Assembly: GCA_002269645.1 (NCBI GenBank) | Contig: NIVC01003950.1 | Location: 1 to 50,272 of the forward strand | Length of the DNA stretch: 50,272 nucleotides | Direction: 5' to 3' | Source of the DNA: Macrostomum lignano | Taxonomy: Eukaryota | Part shown: piece after piece, positions 15,565 through 27,660 of the stretch | Numbering within the stretch: the first letter of the stretch is position 1 | How the letters are laid out: every line of letters starts with the position of its first letter | Notes under the pieces: generated by a model | What the model was told of the DNA's origin: nothing | What the model saw: only the letters and a program-made list of their open reading frames with translations | Databases searched by the model: none | Translations under genes and position numbers: made by a program

Positions 15565-16290
15565 GTTTCTTGAAATGGCCGGTCTGGTGTTTCCTGGAAT
15601 GGTCGGTCTGGTGTTTCCTAGAATGGTCGGTTTGGTGTTTCCTGGAATGGCCGGTCTGGTGTTTCTTGGAATGGCCGGTCTGGTGCTTCCTGGCCTGGCC
15701 GTTCTGGTGTTTCCGGGAATGGCCTGGCCGTTCTGGTGTTTCCTGGAATGGCCGGTCTGGTGTTTCCTGGAATGATCGGTCTGGTGTTTCCTAGAATGGT
15801 CGGTTTGGTGTTTCCTGGAATGGCCGGTTTGGTGTTTCCTGGAATGGCCCGTCTGGTGTTTCCTGGAATGGTCGGTCTGGTGTTTCCTAGAATGGCCGGT
15901 TTGATGTTTCCTGGAATGGCCGGTTTGGTGTTTCCTGGAATGGCCGGTCTGGTGCTTCCTGGAATGGCCGGTCTGGTGTTTCCTGGAATGGCCGGTTTGA
16001 TGTTTCCTGGAATGGCCGGTTTGATGTTTCCTGGAATGGCCGGTTTGGTGTTTCCTGGAATGGCCGGTCTGGTGCTTCCTGGAATGGCCGGTCTGGTGCT
16101 TCCTGGAATGGCCGGTCTGGTGTTTCCTGGAATGGCCGGTTTGGTGTTTCCTGGAATGGCCGGTTTGGTGTTTCCTGGAATGGCCGGTTTGGTGTTTCCT
16201 GGAATGGCCTGTCTGGTGTTTCCTGGAATGGCCGGTTTCGTGTTTCCTGGAATGGCCAGGGCGGTGCTTCCTGAATGGCAGGTCTAGTGT
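15565..16290 (+). repeat. 24-bp minisatellite GGTCTGGTGTTTCCTGGAATGGCC, ~30 copies
   Basis: Direct reading; produces the spurious (GLVFPGMA)n ORFs. Confidence 0.93.
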
Positions 16291-16721
16291 GTTTCTTGAA
16301 TACTAATCTGATGTTTCCTGTAATGCTGGTTTGATGTTTCGCACTTTCAGTATTTGAAAAGAGGAGACTCGTTGTTAAGAATGGTTTAACTAATGTCTCA
16401 GCTATTGCCTTGTCTGAACTGACCCTTAATTGTCTGCGGAAGCGCCGTCGCTAAGGTCAAGCGATTGTAAACTCAAGGTTGCAATCATAGCAATATCTGT
16501 CATATTCTTTGATATACAGAAGTTAATAAAATTGATTGGTTCTTTTGTTGCTCAAATAAAAAATGCAATAATTTTTTTTAAATTGCATTTATTGACGCCT
16601 TAGAAACATTAATTTTTTGCGCGTAGATAAACAAAAAATGATTACTTGGTTGCTATGGGATACGTATTGGAATCGATTTCATTATATATTGCATCAATAA
16701 TATCGTCGCTTGAAAATTGAA

Positions 16722-17674
16722 ATGGTTTTTTGTCTCACATCTTGCATTTTGATGGCGTTTACTCTACTGTTGTTGGTTGCTCTGCAGTTCGCCATAACCT
16801 TCTGTACACCTGCAACCCCGGACACAATCAGCTGTAAGTTTTGCAGTGTACGAAACACTAGCAATATACATGCAACAGCGAGCTTAGGGAGGTTAGGGAA
16901 GCTACGGTACTAGTGGAGAGTTTCAGAGGCTTATTGTAATTGATTCTTTCCTGTAATATTAGGGGTTTTCAGCAGGAAAACCATAAGTGTGGATTTAGGA
17001 AACTACCTGTACATGTATATTGTATTGGAGATTATGGAAGCTGTTTGGAGATTGTGGAAGCTGTTTAGTGATTATGGAAGCTGTTTAGAGATTATGGAAG
17101 CTGTTAGGAGATAATGGAAGCTATTTGAGATTGTGGAAGCTGTTTAGAGATTATGAAAGCTATTTGGAGATTGTGGAAGCTGTCTGTGATTGTGGAAGCT
17201 GTTTGGAGATAATGGAAGCTGTTTCGAAGCTGAGTACATGTATGGAAGCTGTTCGTATAGTATGGAAGCTGCTTGTAGAGTATGGAAGCTGTTCGTAAAG
17301 TATGGAAGCTGTTTGTAGAGTATGGAAGCTATTCAGAGACTGGAAGCTGTATGAAAATTTGGGACTCTGCCGCTCTCTCGCTCGCCACACCGCAACGTGC
17401 AGACTGCTCAGGACACCAGACTCTGACCGCGCTAACTACCTGGTACCAGCGCCGCTATTTGAGAAGCCATGCAGACTACCTGAACTTGTGCAGCAATGCC
17501 AGGTGCACCTACGCCAACAACGTGAACTGCAGTTGGACTCTGGTTGCCGAGCCGAACCATTACCTATCCGTGTCTGTTCAATACCTGCGCTTTGAGCACG
17601 GCTATGATTAGGGATCCAATTGTAGGGTTGCTGAAATAATGTCAGGATGGATTGTGAGTTGCGTTGCTCAGTGG

Positions 17675-17715
<41 letters not shown>

Positions 17716-17720
17716 CTAGC

Positions 17721-17759
<39 letters not shown>

Positions 17760-17799
17760 CTAGCTAGTTAGTTAGTTAGTTAGTTAGTTAGCTAGTTAT

Positions 17800-17831
<32 letters not shown>

Positions 17832-17858
17832 CTAGTTAGTTAGTTAGTTAGTTAGTTG

Positions 17859-17914
<56 letters not shown>

Positions 17915-18479
17915 ACCCTGGAATCAGGGTTACCTGGAATCAGGGTTACCTGGAATCAGGGTTACCTGGAATCAGGGTTACCTGGAATCAGGGTTACCTG
18001 GAATCAGGGTTACCTGGAATCAGGGTTACCTGGAATCAGGGTTACCTGGAATCAGTGTTACCTGGAATCAGGGTTACCTGGAATCAGAGAATTGGCAACT
18101 ATACCATTTCCAATTGCAGTGTACTCAGCCAGTCAGGCAATACTGATTACCCCATCGCCGGCTGAGCAGTCTCTGACTAGCCAGCTCGGCTATCGCTACT
18201 GCAGCCACTATCTCAGTGGAGAACCAAGTCACTGCGTAGTCACGGTTCCCTTCAACTTCGTATTTAAACTGCAATTAACTCAACTGGACTCGGACGTCTG
18301 TCCGGGTCGAGTATCGCTGATTGACAACTCGACAGACAAGTTGATTCGTCTTGTTGATAACGAAACTATTGATGTTGAAACCAATGCGGTGGAGAATCGA
18401 CTGAAAGCTTGCGGGAATCGGCTTTGGTACGGATTTGAGTTTAAACTCTACGTGACTGCACTGGAAGGGAGGAGCCACC
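16722..18479 (+). CDS. Secreted CUB-domain protein, probably truncated or pseudogenised (in-frame TAG 17609-17611); 3' end unresolved
   Basis: Exon 1 16722/16752-16833 encodes a signal peptide (MAFTLLLLVALQFAITFC), donor T|GTAAGT, phase 1. Exon 2 from 17403 (phase 1): CSGHQTL...YANNVNCSWTLVAEPNHYLSVSVQYLRFEHGYD, a CUB N-terminal half. Exon 3 18120-18479 (phase 1-1): CVVTVPFNFVFKLQLTQLDSDVC...ETNAVENRL...GFEFKLYV, a divergent CUB-like segment. Confidence 0.6.
17025..17352 (+). repeat. 20-bp minisatellite GAGATTATGGAAGCTGTTT(G/A) in CUB-gene intron 1
   Basis: About 16 tandem units. Confidence 0.88.
17675..17914 (+). repeat. (GTTA)n microsatellite
   Basis: Direct reading, with GCTA variants. 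Confidence 0.97.
17915..18087 (+). repeat. 16-bp minisatellite TACCTGGAATCAGGGT, ~10.5 copies
   Basis: Near-perfect tandem units abutting the GTTA tract. Confidence 0.95.
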
Positions 18480-19005
18480 GTGAGTGTTTCTCCGGGTGAA
18501 TGAGTGAGTGTTTCTCCGGGTGAATGAGTGAGTGTTTCTCCGGGTGAATGAGTGAGTGTTTCTCCGGGTGAATGAGTGAGTGTTTCTCCGGGTGAATGAG
18601 TGAGTGTTTCTCCGGGTGAATGAGTGAGTGTTTCTCCGGGTGAATGAGTGAGTGTTTCTCCGGGTGAATGAGTGAGTGTTTCTCCGGGTGAATGAGTGAG
18701 TGTTTCTCCGGATGAATGAGTGAGTGTTTCTCCGGGTGAATGAGTGAGTGTTTCTTCGAGTGAGTGTGTGAGTGAGTGAGTGAGTGAGTGAGTGAGTGAG
18801 TGAGTGAGTGAGTGAGTGAGTGAGTGAGTGAGTGAGTGAGTGAGTGAGTGAGTGAGTGAGTGAGTGAGTGAGTGAGTGAGTGAGTGAGTGAGTGAGTGTT
18901 TCTCCGGGTGAATGAGTGAGTGAGTGAGTGAGCGAGTGAGTGAGTGAGTGAGTGAGTGAGTGAGTGAGTGAGTGAGAGAGTGAGTGAGTGAGTGAGTGAG
19001 TGAGT
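18480..19005 (+). repeat. 24-bp minisatellite TTTCTCCGGGTGAATGAGTGAGTG (~11 copies) grading into (GTGA)n
   Basis: Direct reading; begins exactly at the exon-3 donor C|GTGAGT. Confidence 0.95.
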
Positions 19006-19711
19006 GCCGCTGTGTACACCCTGTGTGAGCATGTGCCTGAGTGCTTGACAGCATGTGTACAGTATAACTCAGGAGTCAACCAACTGTGTAGATTTGCCTC
19101 ACCGCATGGTGAGGGACGATTTCGCCGAAGGATGATTTCAAGCCAGGGGCTCACAATCAATTTAACTCACCTAAAAAATTGCAGTATATCAGCTTCACCA
19201 AGGACTCCCGTCCAAAGACATCCACCCAGTCCAGAAGCTCTGAGCTCGCAGTCCCTCGGAGTGCTTGATAGAGTGCCTGAGCTCAATTTGGGCCTGCAAA
19301 GGAGTCCATTTCAATGCTGAGATGCTGAGCTGCTCAATGTTCGAAATGCCCGGGGCTGGAGGTCTCCTGATTGGATTCTCTAAAACCAACTGAAATCATT
19401 TGTGATGACTGAAGTTTAATGAAGTTAGGTCTAACTTCTTACTCACTCTGAAAAAAACAGTGAAAGATAAAAAATATTCTAAGTTGAAAACTACCACAGT
19501 ACTGCATAGCACTCTACTATTAGTAGCTTACTCTTAAATTTTTAGTATGTTGGTAGAGGCATTTAAACGCCTTATTACTAATTTATAATTTTAATTATAA
19601 ATACCGTAACTAAAAATGCGTAATCCATGTTAAAACTATAAAAATTTTTCAATTTTACGAAGTTTTTATTTAACAAGAGTAATAAAAAATTGATTACACC
19701 CGCCCTAATGA

Positions 19712-19971
19712 AACCGACAGCTCAGCCGCAGCTATTGCGCGGCGCATCTGAAGGCTGCGTACGGCTGTTCAGTCCAAGGACTGGGGGGTCGCCACACACA
19801 CCCTCAATTACCCCAGCTAGTGCTGGCACCCATTTTACAGCTGGGTAAACTGAAGCAATGCAGAGTTTAGCGTCTTGCTCAAGGACACAACTTGTTACAA
19901 GTTGGTCGAGAATCGAACCCCCGACCTTTCAGTCATGAGTCCGAGAGCTCTAACCACTAGGCTACAACCCC
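19712..19971 (-). mobile_element. tRNA-derived SINE family A
   Basis: Reverse complement has A-box TAGCCTAGTGG, B-box GGTTCGATTCTC and the shared body and tail. Confidence 0.9.
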
Positions 19972-20314
19972 CTTTATTTGAATATATCGGATTGACTCAA
20001 TTCTTATTCGAATTCGTGCACCATGCATTTAGGCTGATAGCTTGTGCGATTTCCTCAATTCAAATAGATTCTTAATGAGTCGCCGGATTTCAATAGATGC
20101 CTAAGACCGTCGTGGAGGCCTTTAACAACGGATTCTAACAACTGGTGACAGCCTCTTGATAGCTTTTATTTGTAGCCTTTATGTAATGGAAACTATCCGC
20201 TGGATTTCGAATAGTTTTAAGATTATTACGCTAAAGACTCAATCGAAATAACTTTCATTGTAGTCTGTACGAGATATTCGGCAGTGAGTCTTCGTCAGGA
20301 AGGGGATCAGAATG

Positions 20315-22666
20315 TCACGTAGAAATCTCCGTGGTCTTTGCATCGGAGATTCGCCTCTGCTCCGAGCGCAGATGGACAGCCAAGAAGCGCCTTCGTTTTG
20401 TATCGTCGCGGCCTCCATCGTCAAATTTGGACACTTCCGGGGGCTGCATGCTTGGCTTCCGGTCGTCTCGGTCCTGCCTCTGCGTCGTTGGACGCCTCAA
20501 CCGTCGACTAATGGCAGAGCTGAGGCTCGACGCTCGATGGGACACCTGTCGACGAACTCGACGGCTGCCAACGAATGCGACGCTCAGCAGGAGGCCGTGA
20601 AGATTTCTAGCTACGGTGGCCGCCGTGTACAGCGGCGAGTCGTGGCCGAGATCGGTCAGGATGGCCAGGCAGAAGGGCAGCCAGCACAGGCCCAGCAGGA
20701 CGGACACCCGGCCAGTGGCTCCGGCCAGTCGGACCAGATCGGAGTCCGACGCCGCGCTAGCCGACGTGGCCGATTCTGGGCCCTGCAGGGCGCGGCCGGT
20801 CTGGCGGGCCAGCCGAAGCAAGCGGTGCCAGAGCAGCGTCAGGACGCAGCCGTTGAACAGGAGCGTCAGCAGCCAGGGAGTGAACACCAGAAAGGCCTTG
20901 GTTGGGTTGGATTGGACAGTAGATTGCTATATTGCGACTTTGCAATCGCACTGTATTGAGCAAAAGTAATATAGCTAAACTAAACAATCGACCGCTCAGC
21001 CGCAGCTATTGCGCGGTGCATCTGAAAGCTGCGTACGGCTGTTCAGTCCAAGGACTGGGGGTCGCCACACACACCCTCAGTTACCCCAGCTAATGCTGGC
21101 ACCCATTTTACAGCTGGGTGAACTGAAGCAATGCAGAGTTTAGTGTCCTGCTCAGGGACACAAATTGTTCCGTGTAGGATCGGGATCGAACCCCCGACCT
21201 TTCAGTCGTAAGTACGACGCTCTAACCACTAGACTACAAACCTCTTCAAAAGCATATTTGAGTAAAGGTTCGATTCAAATGCCTCACAATGGGAATCGTC
21301 ACGGCCGCTTGTATATGTACATCCAAATAGCTACAAGTTATTAAAGTTAAAATCGCGGCAAAAGACGCACCTGGAGCAGTCGCCATTCCAAAGCCGACAG
21401 CTGACCTCCAAACTGCAGGGCGGCGGCCACTGCCGCGGCCAGCAGAGCCGGGACGCCCCAGCCCAGCAGTGCGAATCGAAGATAATGCGGCGAGCGCGAG
21501 CTTGCAGGCCGCATGGAGGCCCGCAATGTGCGCAGCAGATCCACGCCGAACAGAGCCGCCCAGGCGAATGCCGAGTTGAAGCAGAAGACTAGCAGAGGCG
21601 GAAGCAGAGGCCAACTCGTGTTAGAGCCTGTGTTCTCGGGCCAGATGAGCCACATTAAACAGACGGTGTTCACCAGCAGCAGAGCCACTCCATGCGACAT
21701 GAGAAGCAGACCCGCCCGGTTGCGCAGAGTGGCAAACGACGCGTAGGTAGCCAGCAGGCAAACCAGACCTGCGTCGGAGGCTGCTAACAGCGAAGCCTGC
21801 ATGTTCAGTAGCCACGGATTTGTCTCCTGTGTCGTGTAATTCCTCGCCGATTCGTTGGAAATTTGAGAAAAATAGTCCAGACGGAAATTGATGATGAAAT
21901 CGATTGGATCGAGGTTTTGCATCACGACGCCTGGCAACGAGCGCTTGTGATCGCATTTTGTTGTGGCATTTGAATTGCACCAGCTGCAGGCGGCATTGCG
22001 AGCGTAGCAGTTGGACGAATTTCTGAACCGTGTCCATTCCGCGGGACCTAGCCGGCACTCCGTGGTGACATTGGCCTCGCTGCCAATGGGGCATGAGTCT
22101 ATCAGTGGGCAGGGCCTGAGCGACCATCGGCTCTGGCGGCTGTGCAAGTAGTGGTGAACCCAACAGCCAACAGGTAGGACTAGCCCGGCCCGTGAGTAGC
22201 TGGAGCGGATGCTCTCCAAGTTGCAAGCGGGATTTTTGCTGACTTGTATTTGGGACACAATTTCGTCTGGCTCGTCCCCATTACAACGCAGGCAGTGGCT
22301 GTTTTGGTACAATCGACCCGAGGCGCCCCACACTGGTAGGGAGTCTGGGTCGAGCGGTCCTTCCTGAAACTTGGTGCATCGCTGCTGCTCAGATTGACTG
22401 ATGGACTTTGGACATCGAGCCACGATCCAGTAGTGCGAGTGGCTCAGTTGGTCATCTTGCGCGAGCGAGTCGTTTGCCAACAGTACCAGCGAGTGGCAGT
22501 GCAGCAGGGGGGACCTTGGCTTCACTGAACGGTGGCAGCAGTCGCCATAGAACTCGCATTTGGAGTCCTGGCAACACGATGAGTCCGTGAAATCGCAGGT
22601 CGCCTGCGCTTGAGCACTGGTGTGTGTACTCGCTAGCAGCAATGCCGCTACTGCAGTGAAAATCAT
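20315..22666 (-). CDS. Methuselah-like (secretin/adhesion-class) 7TM GPCR with somatomedin-B-like N-terminus, ~635 aa, 2 exons
   Basis: Exon 1 22666-21371: signal peptide, C..D.KCEFYGDCC, YWIVARCP, PV..LYQNSHCLRCN, TM1-4 (TYASFATLRNRAG; GWGVPALL). Exon 2 (20950 or 20926)-20315: TM5-7 (FTPWLLTLLFNG; LLGLCWLPF; NLHGLLLSVAFV). Donor CAG|GTGCGT, phase 0. Acceptor choice determines whether TAG 20929-20927 is included. Confidence 0.85.
20988..21242 (-). mobile_element. tRNA-derived SINE family A in the GPCR intron
   Basis: Homologous to 19712-19971; B-box GGTTCGATCCC on the minus strand. Confidence 0.9.
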
Positions 22667-24630
22667 TTCAAAGCTTCAAGTTAAATTTTGCCGTTTTAAA
22701 AGCGCTTTTATAATCGCTGCAGTGGCAATTTATCTACAGGAAGTTGGCGAAAATGCTGCAATTTCTGCCTAATTCGTAACTTCCCCGAGCTGTCTCGTTC
22801 CCTAATATGGAGCTAAGAGACGGCCACGCTTGGACCAAATACCGAATTTGTTTTGAGCTGGTTTTAACTCATGCATTCCGGGCAATCGAAAGTTTGTCGA
22901 ATTTTCCCGAATCCACCACTGTACTCTGCACAGTGTTGTTGACTCACCGATCGATCTGTCATCTGCCGTCAACGGGGGGAGGTTTTTGTCGATTCAAAAA
23001 CTGCTCTGAAATTGCTGTCTAGTTTTAATCATCTTACTACATTTCGCACAGCTGTTTACCCAATGTGATCAGAATTCGACCAAGAGAATTCCGCGAGAGC
23101 TCTGCTCCTCTATTGACGCAATCGTTTTCGAGCTTATAATTCAACGCTTGGATAGGCGAGCGCAGATCACATTGCAGAAGCGAATCAAGGTTATACAGTA
23201 CATGTACATGTCAGTGTCTTGTGAAGTGCAGTGAAGTGTGAAGTCTTGTGAAACGCAAACAGCGTTGAGGCAAATCTACAAATGAGCGACATACGCTTCA
23301 CAAAAATATAAACTCGCCATGCAGCCCAGCAATTAAACCGATTGATGATATTCAACGATTCTGCCAGAAGGTCGGATTTTTCTTCTAGCTATAATTGCTG
23401 GTACATTCCATACACCGCCAATCAGCACTGCGCCTCACTGATAGTAGCTAGTGATAAAACCAGAATTCACCAGTATAGAAGAATCAAAGAAGAGAAACAC
23501 AAATTAATTGTTATAATACATTAGAGACAATAAATCTAAACAGTTTTTATTTACTTTTTAAGAGAGCGAAAAATATTTGATCGCTACAGAAACTCTCGCA
23601 GAATAATCATGTCAAAATACTTGTATTTTATACGAGAAACATAGTTTTCAAGCCAAATAATTTTTGTTTTGATTTCGAAATCTATTCACAACAAATCACA
23701 ACATAGGTAGCTCACAATGAACCAGTCCCATCGTGCAGTTACAAGAGTTGATGCAACCATTAAAACAAAATGTGTTTTAAAAGCATAAAAGAACTTTGAG
23801 CTAGCTATTTATTATTTAGCTAACGATCAGCTATTATTCACAGTCATATTAATTTCTTCATATTCATTAGGCACCATTCAATTGTTCAAGCAGGTAATTA
23901 TTTCCCTTAATAAAAAAATTTACTTTAACGTGTACTACCTAACAAAGGGAAGTCATAATAAGTGGTAAATATGATTGTTCATATCTGACGATACCAGCAT
24001 AATTATGGTTTGTGCATGTACTTTAAGAGTTGCGTACTGTATTATCCAGTGAAGGCGAGAGAGAGAAATTTAAATGAATCGGAAAGTAAATTAATTATAT
24101 TATACATAAATATTGCATGCAAAAATTAATCGTTCGATCTCATTTCTGAGTTCATTAATTAAGTACGTATTTGAATTAGATCGATCAGAAATCACAATTA
24201 TAGCAAAGCTTTTGTCAAAAATTCATGTGAAATACAAAATTGTATAATAGTGAACAAGAATTACTGAATTAAATAGATGATCTACTAATTTACTTAAACT
24301 ACGTATATTATCTATATAAATTCAACGAATAATAAAATTAATCTACTTCTAGTATCCTTCGATTGATACTAATTTTAACCTCTTAACCTTTTCACCTATT
24401 GCTGATTGTATTAAGTCTAAAATTATTTCTTTCGTTTTTTGTCAACGAATCAATCAATAGAAGAGCTGTAGGTAATGTAAATGTCAAAGTTAAAAAAATC
24501 GCAATCAATGGCATTGCTATTGATTAAAATCAGCATTTGCTAACCTTTTAAGAGCTTTAAAATTCATTATGCTGCACAGTGCGCGGGGTACGCTATCATT
24601 AACTGTCACGTGATCGAAGCTCGAGACGTT

Positions 24631-26401
24631 TTAAACAAATTCTCCGGGATCGTCGTCCAGACCGTTCAGCGGCTGCTGCTGCTGCTGCTGCTGCGGCTGC
24701 CCGCCTTTCCGCTTTGTCGCCTTTTTGCTGTCCGAGTCGGCGACAATGCCGCCGATGCCGCCGACTCCGCCGCCGCCGCCGCGATTGCCGTCGTTCATGT
24801 GGTGCCCCGGCCGGTAGCGGTAGCAGTGCCACAGCGCCTCGGCCACTTCCGAGGCCACCAGCTCGCCGGCGTTCTGCGCCACCAGTCGCAGGATGAACAC
24901 CCCGTCGGGCCGGAGATAGTCGTCTACAAACTGAAAGCTGCGCTTCTTGTCGCCCGCCTCCAGGACGCTGCGCAGCTTGAGAAACTTGCGAACGAAATGA
25001 GTCCGATTTGACCGGAATGCGGACTTGTAAATCCAGAATGAGAAGCTGCTGATGGCGACAACTGCCACGAGGATAAACCAGAACCACAGGAAGATGTAAA
25101 TCTTCTCGTTGAACATGTTGATTGGCAGCACGCACTGCACCGTGTGCCTGTGAATGTTGCCGCCCATTTTGCGCACCTGAAAGTCGCACAGGGTCACGCG
25201 GGGGAAATTGCCGCTCTCCTCCCATTCGTGGCCTTCTGCGAGATCACGCAGCAGTTCGATGCCATAGAAGGTGTAGTTGGTGCCCAGGTACTTGTTCATC
25301 AAGAAGAACTGGCCAATCACGTTGCCGATGTACAGCACCTTGCAGATGAGGTACAGGCACACAAGGAAGTTGCCATACCGTTTGCCGAACCAAATAAATA
25401 GCAAATTCCTGGCTATGCAGTGCTTGCACTTTGTTAAGCAGCCAGCCCTGTACTCGCGCTGCGCTCCGAGCGAGTCCTCGATGTACTTTGCCACGTAGCG
25501 AACGCTAGCCTGCCTGCTCAGCGGGTCTTTGATCAGCTCGACGTCGCTGGCCACCTCCATGATGCTCGATAGCTGGTGGTGAAGGAGTCGGGGTAGTTGA
25601 TAGAATTGGTAGGCTTGAAAGCCTGAAGGCTGGCATCTTGGTTGTGGTGGTAACCTACCAGAACCAACATGACAACTGGACTAAAGGCTTAAGATCAACG
25701 TTAACTCCTTATTGACTGAATAGATTCAGTGTTCAAAGAGATCGAATTTTACACAATATAACTCTCCTAATTTTAAGTTCTCCTTCAGACGGTTCGATTA
25801 AAAATTTATTTATCGCTGCAGCTGTCCTGAATAAATTTTAGATTAAAAATTTGCTACACCGACTATGCCTACTTCTTTAACTTGCAGCTCTGCTAGAAGC
25901 AGAATTTGTAGCAATATCCGGTTCTTTACGTTATCAGAACGAACGCTACGTTAGAATTCAGTTCAGTTGCGTCAAAAAAACCTTCGATAAATGATAGCTG
26001 AATTTCCTGTAACTGATAATTATGCATAATTGGCCTGGGCTGCTGGGACAAGTATTTGTTTATACAGTTTGGACCCTCCGCATCAGTCTGACCGTAGCTG
26101 TTCTGACTTTCGGCCGACACGAGATCAAACAGAAGAACTTTTTATAAAGTGCTTGCGGTTGAAAAAAATTGTGATTTATCTGTCACATTGAATCTGATTT
26201 TTTTCCCTGATCCAACGGCATCTGTTGAGACAATGAGGGCTATTGACGAGGCCTCGGCGAGGTAAAAGTGCAAATAAATAGAGTTAGAGAAGCTGTTTGG
26301 GATTCACGCTTGGCATGCGTGCTAAGTGAATAATCAGAGAAGAACTTCTGTTACAATTGCTGTTTGTTGGGTAGCTAACTGACTAACTAACTAACTAACT
26401 G

Positions 26402-26440
<39 letters not shown>

Positions 26441-26473
26441 GACTAACTGACTAACTAACTAACTAACTAACTG

Positions 26474-26544
<71 letters not shown>

Positions 26545-26545
26545 G

Positions 26546-26604
<59 letters not shown>

Positions 26605-26605
26605 G

Positions 26606-26692
<87 letters not shown>

Positions 26693-26701
26693 GACTAACT
26701 G

Positions 26702-26744
<43 letters not shown>

Positions 26745-26837
26745 GACTAACTAACTAACTAACTAACTAACTGACTAACTAACTAACTAACTAACTAACT
26801 GACTAACTAACTAACTAACTAACTAACTGACTAACTG

Positions 26838-26898
<61 letters not shown>

Positions 26899-27432
26899 TT
26901 AACTAACTAACTAGACCAAATATATCTTTTTTTACGTATGTTCTAAAGATAACAATAGAAGTCGGCAAAACGTTTTGCGTGTTCCACGGGTTATATTTAC
27001 AAAAAAAATCTGTTTAAATCTCACTTGAATTCCCGACTGCCAGTTGAAGAGGCGCCACACGAGACAAGGCAGGTTAAACAGAAGCGCTTGAATCAGCAGA
27101 ACCAGCGGCACCCATTGGTAATAACTGATCATGGTCTGGTACCGCTCCGGCTCCCGGTGGGGCACATTCTGCTCAGTTGTGCTGACATAGTAGGTCCGGG
27201 TCACCCAGCACACATTCTCGGCGTACTCTTCCTGTGCCCTGGTGAACTCGGTCGGCACCCAGCAGGCGATTGGCTTGCCGATGTACTGCCGGCAGGAGAT
27301 CACCAACGAGAAGGCGACAATGATCACCGTGCTGAACGTGTGCGACAGCCGGTCGGAGAAGTCGTCGTCGCGTCGATAGCGAGTCGAGTCGAAGCGCAGC
27401 TTCGAGAGGCCGGCGACAAATGCTGAGTCCAT
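24631..27432 (-). CDS. inx: Innexin (invertebrate gap-junction protein), ~449 aa, 2 exons
   Basis: Exons 27432-27025 and 25572-24631, phase 0, joining WQSGIQ|LSSIMEVA. Motifs DDDFSDRLSH, QYIGKPIACWVP, CW..TYY, YYQWVP, FPRVTLCDF, QCVLPINMFNEKIYIFLWFW; poly-G/poly-Q tail. Confidence 0.96.
26375..26913 (+). repeat. (TAAC)n microsatellite in the innexin intron
   Basis: Direct reading, with TGAC variants; reverse complement of the GTTA tract at 17675. Confidence 0.97.
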
Positions 27433-27660
27433 GGGCAGGGCGCCGCTCACATGCTCAAAGTTCCTGTGGCGGAATTGGTGGGTTTCTATGCAAGGGTTGC
27501 TTGAATAACCTGAGTTGAAAACGGCTTCATTTGGAGCCAATTTGCGTTTTTGCGGCTGTTTTGTTCTACCAGTACAAACACCAGAAATTGTGTTAAGTAA
27601 CTAAGTAACTAACTAACAAGTAACTAACAAGTAAATTAAATTTTAGCCTCTGTACAGCTG

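Noticed and set aside
20312-25498. + strand ORFs overlapping the GPCR and innexin exons (e.g. 20312-20959, 24610-25011)
   Set aside because: Antisense shadows of GC-rich coding exons.
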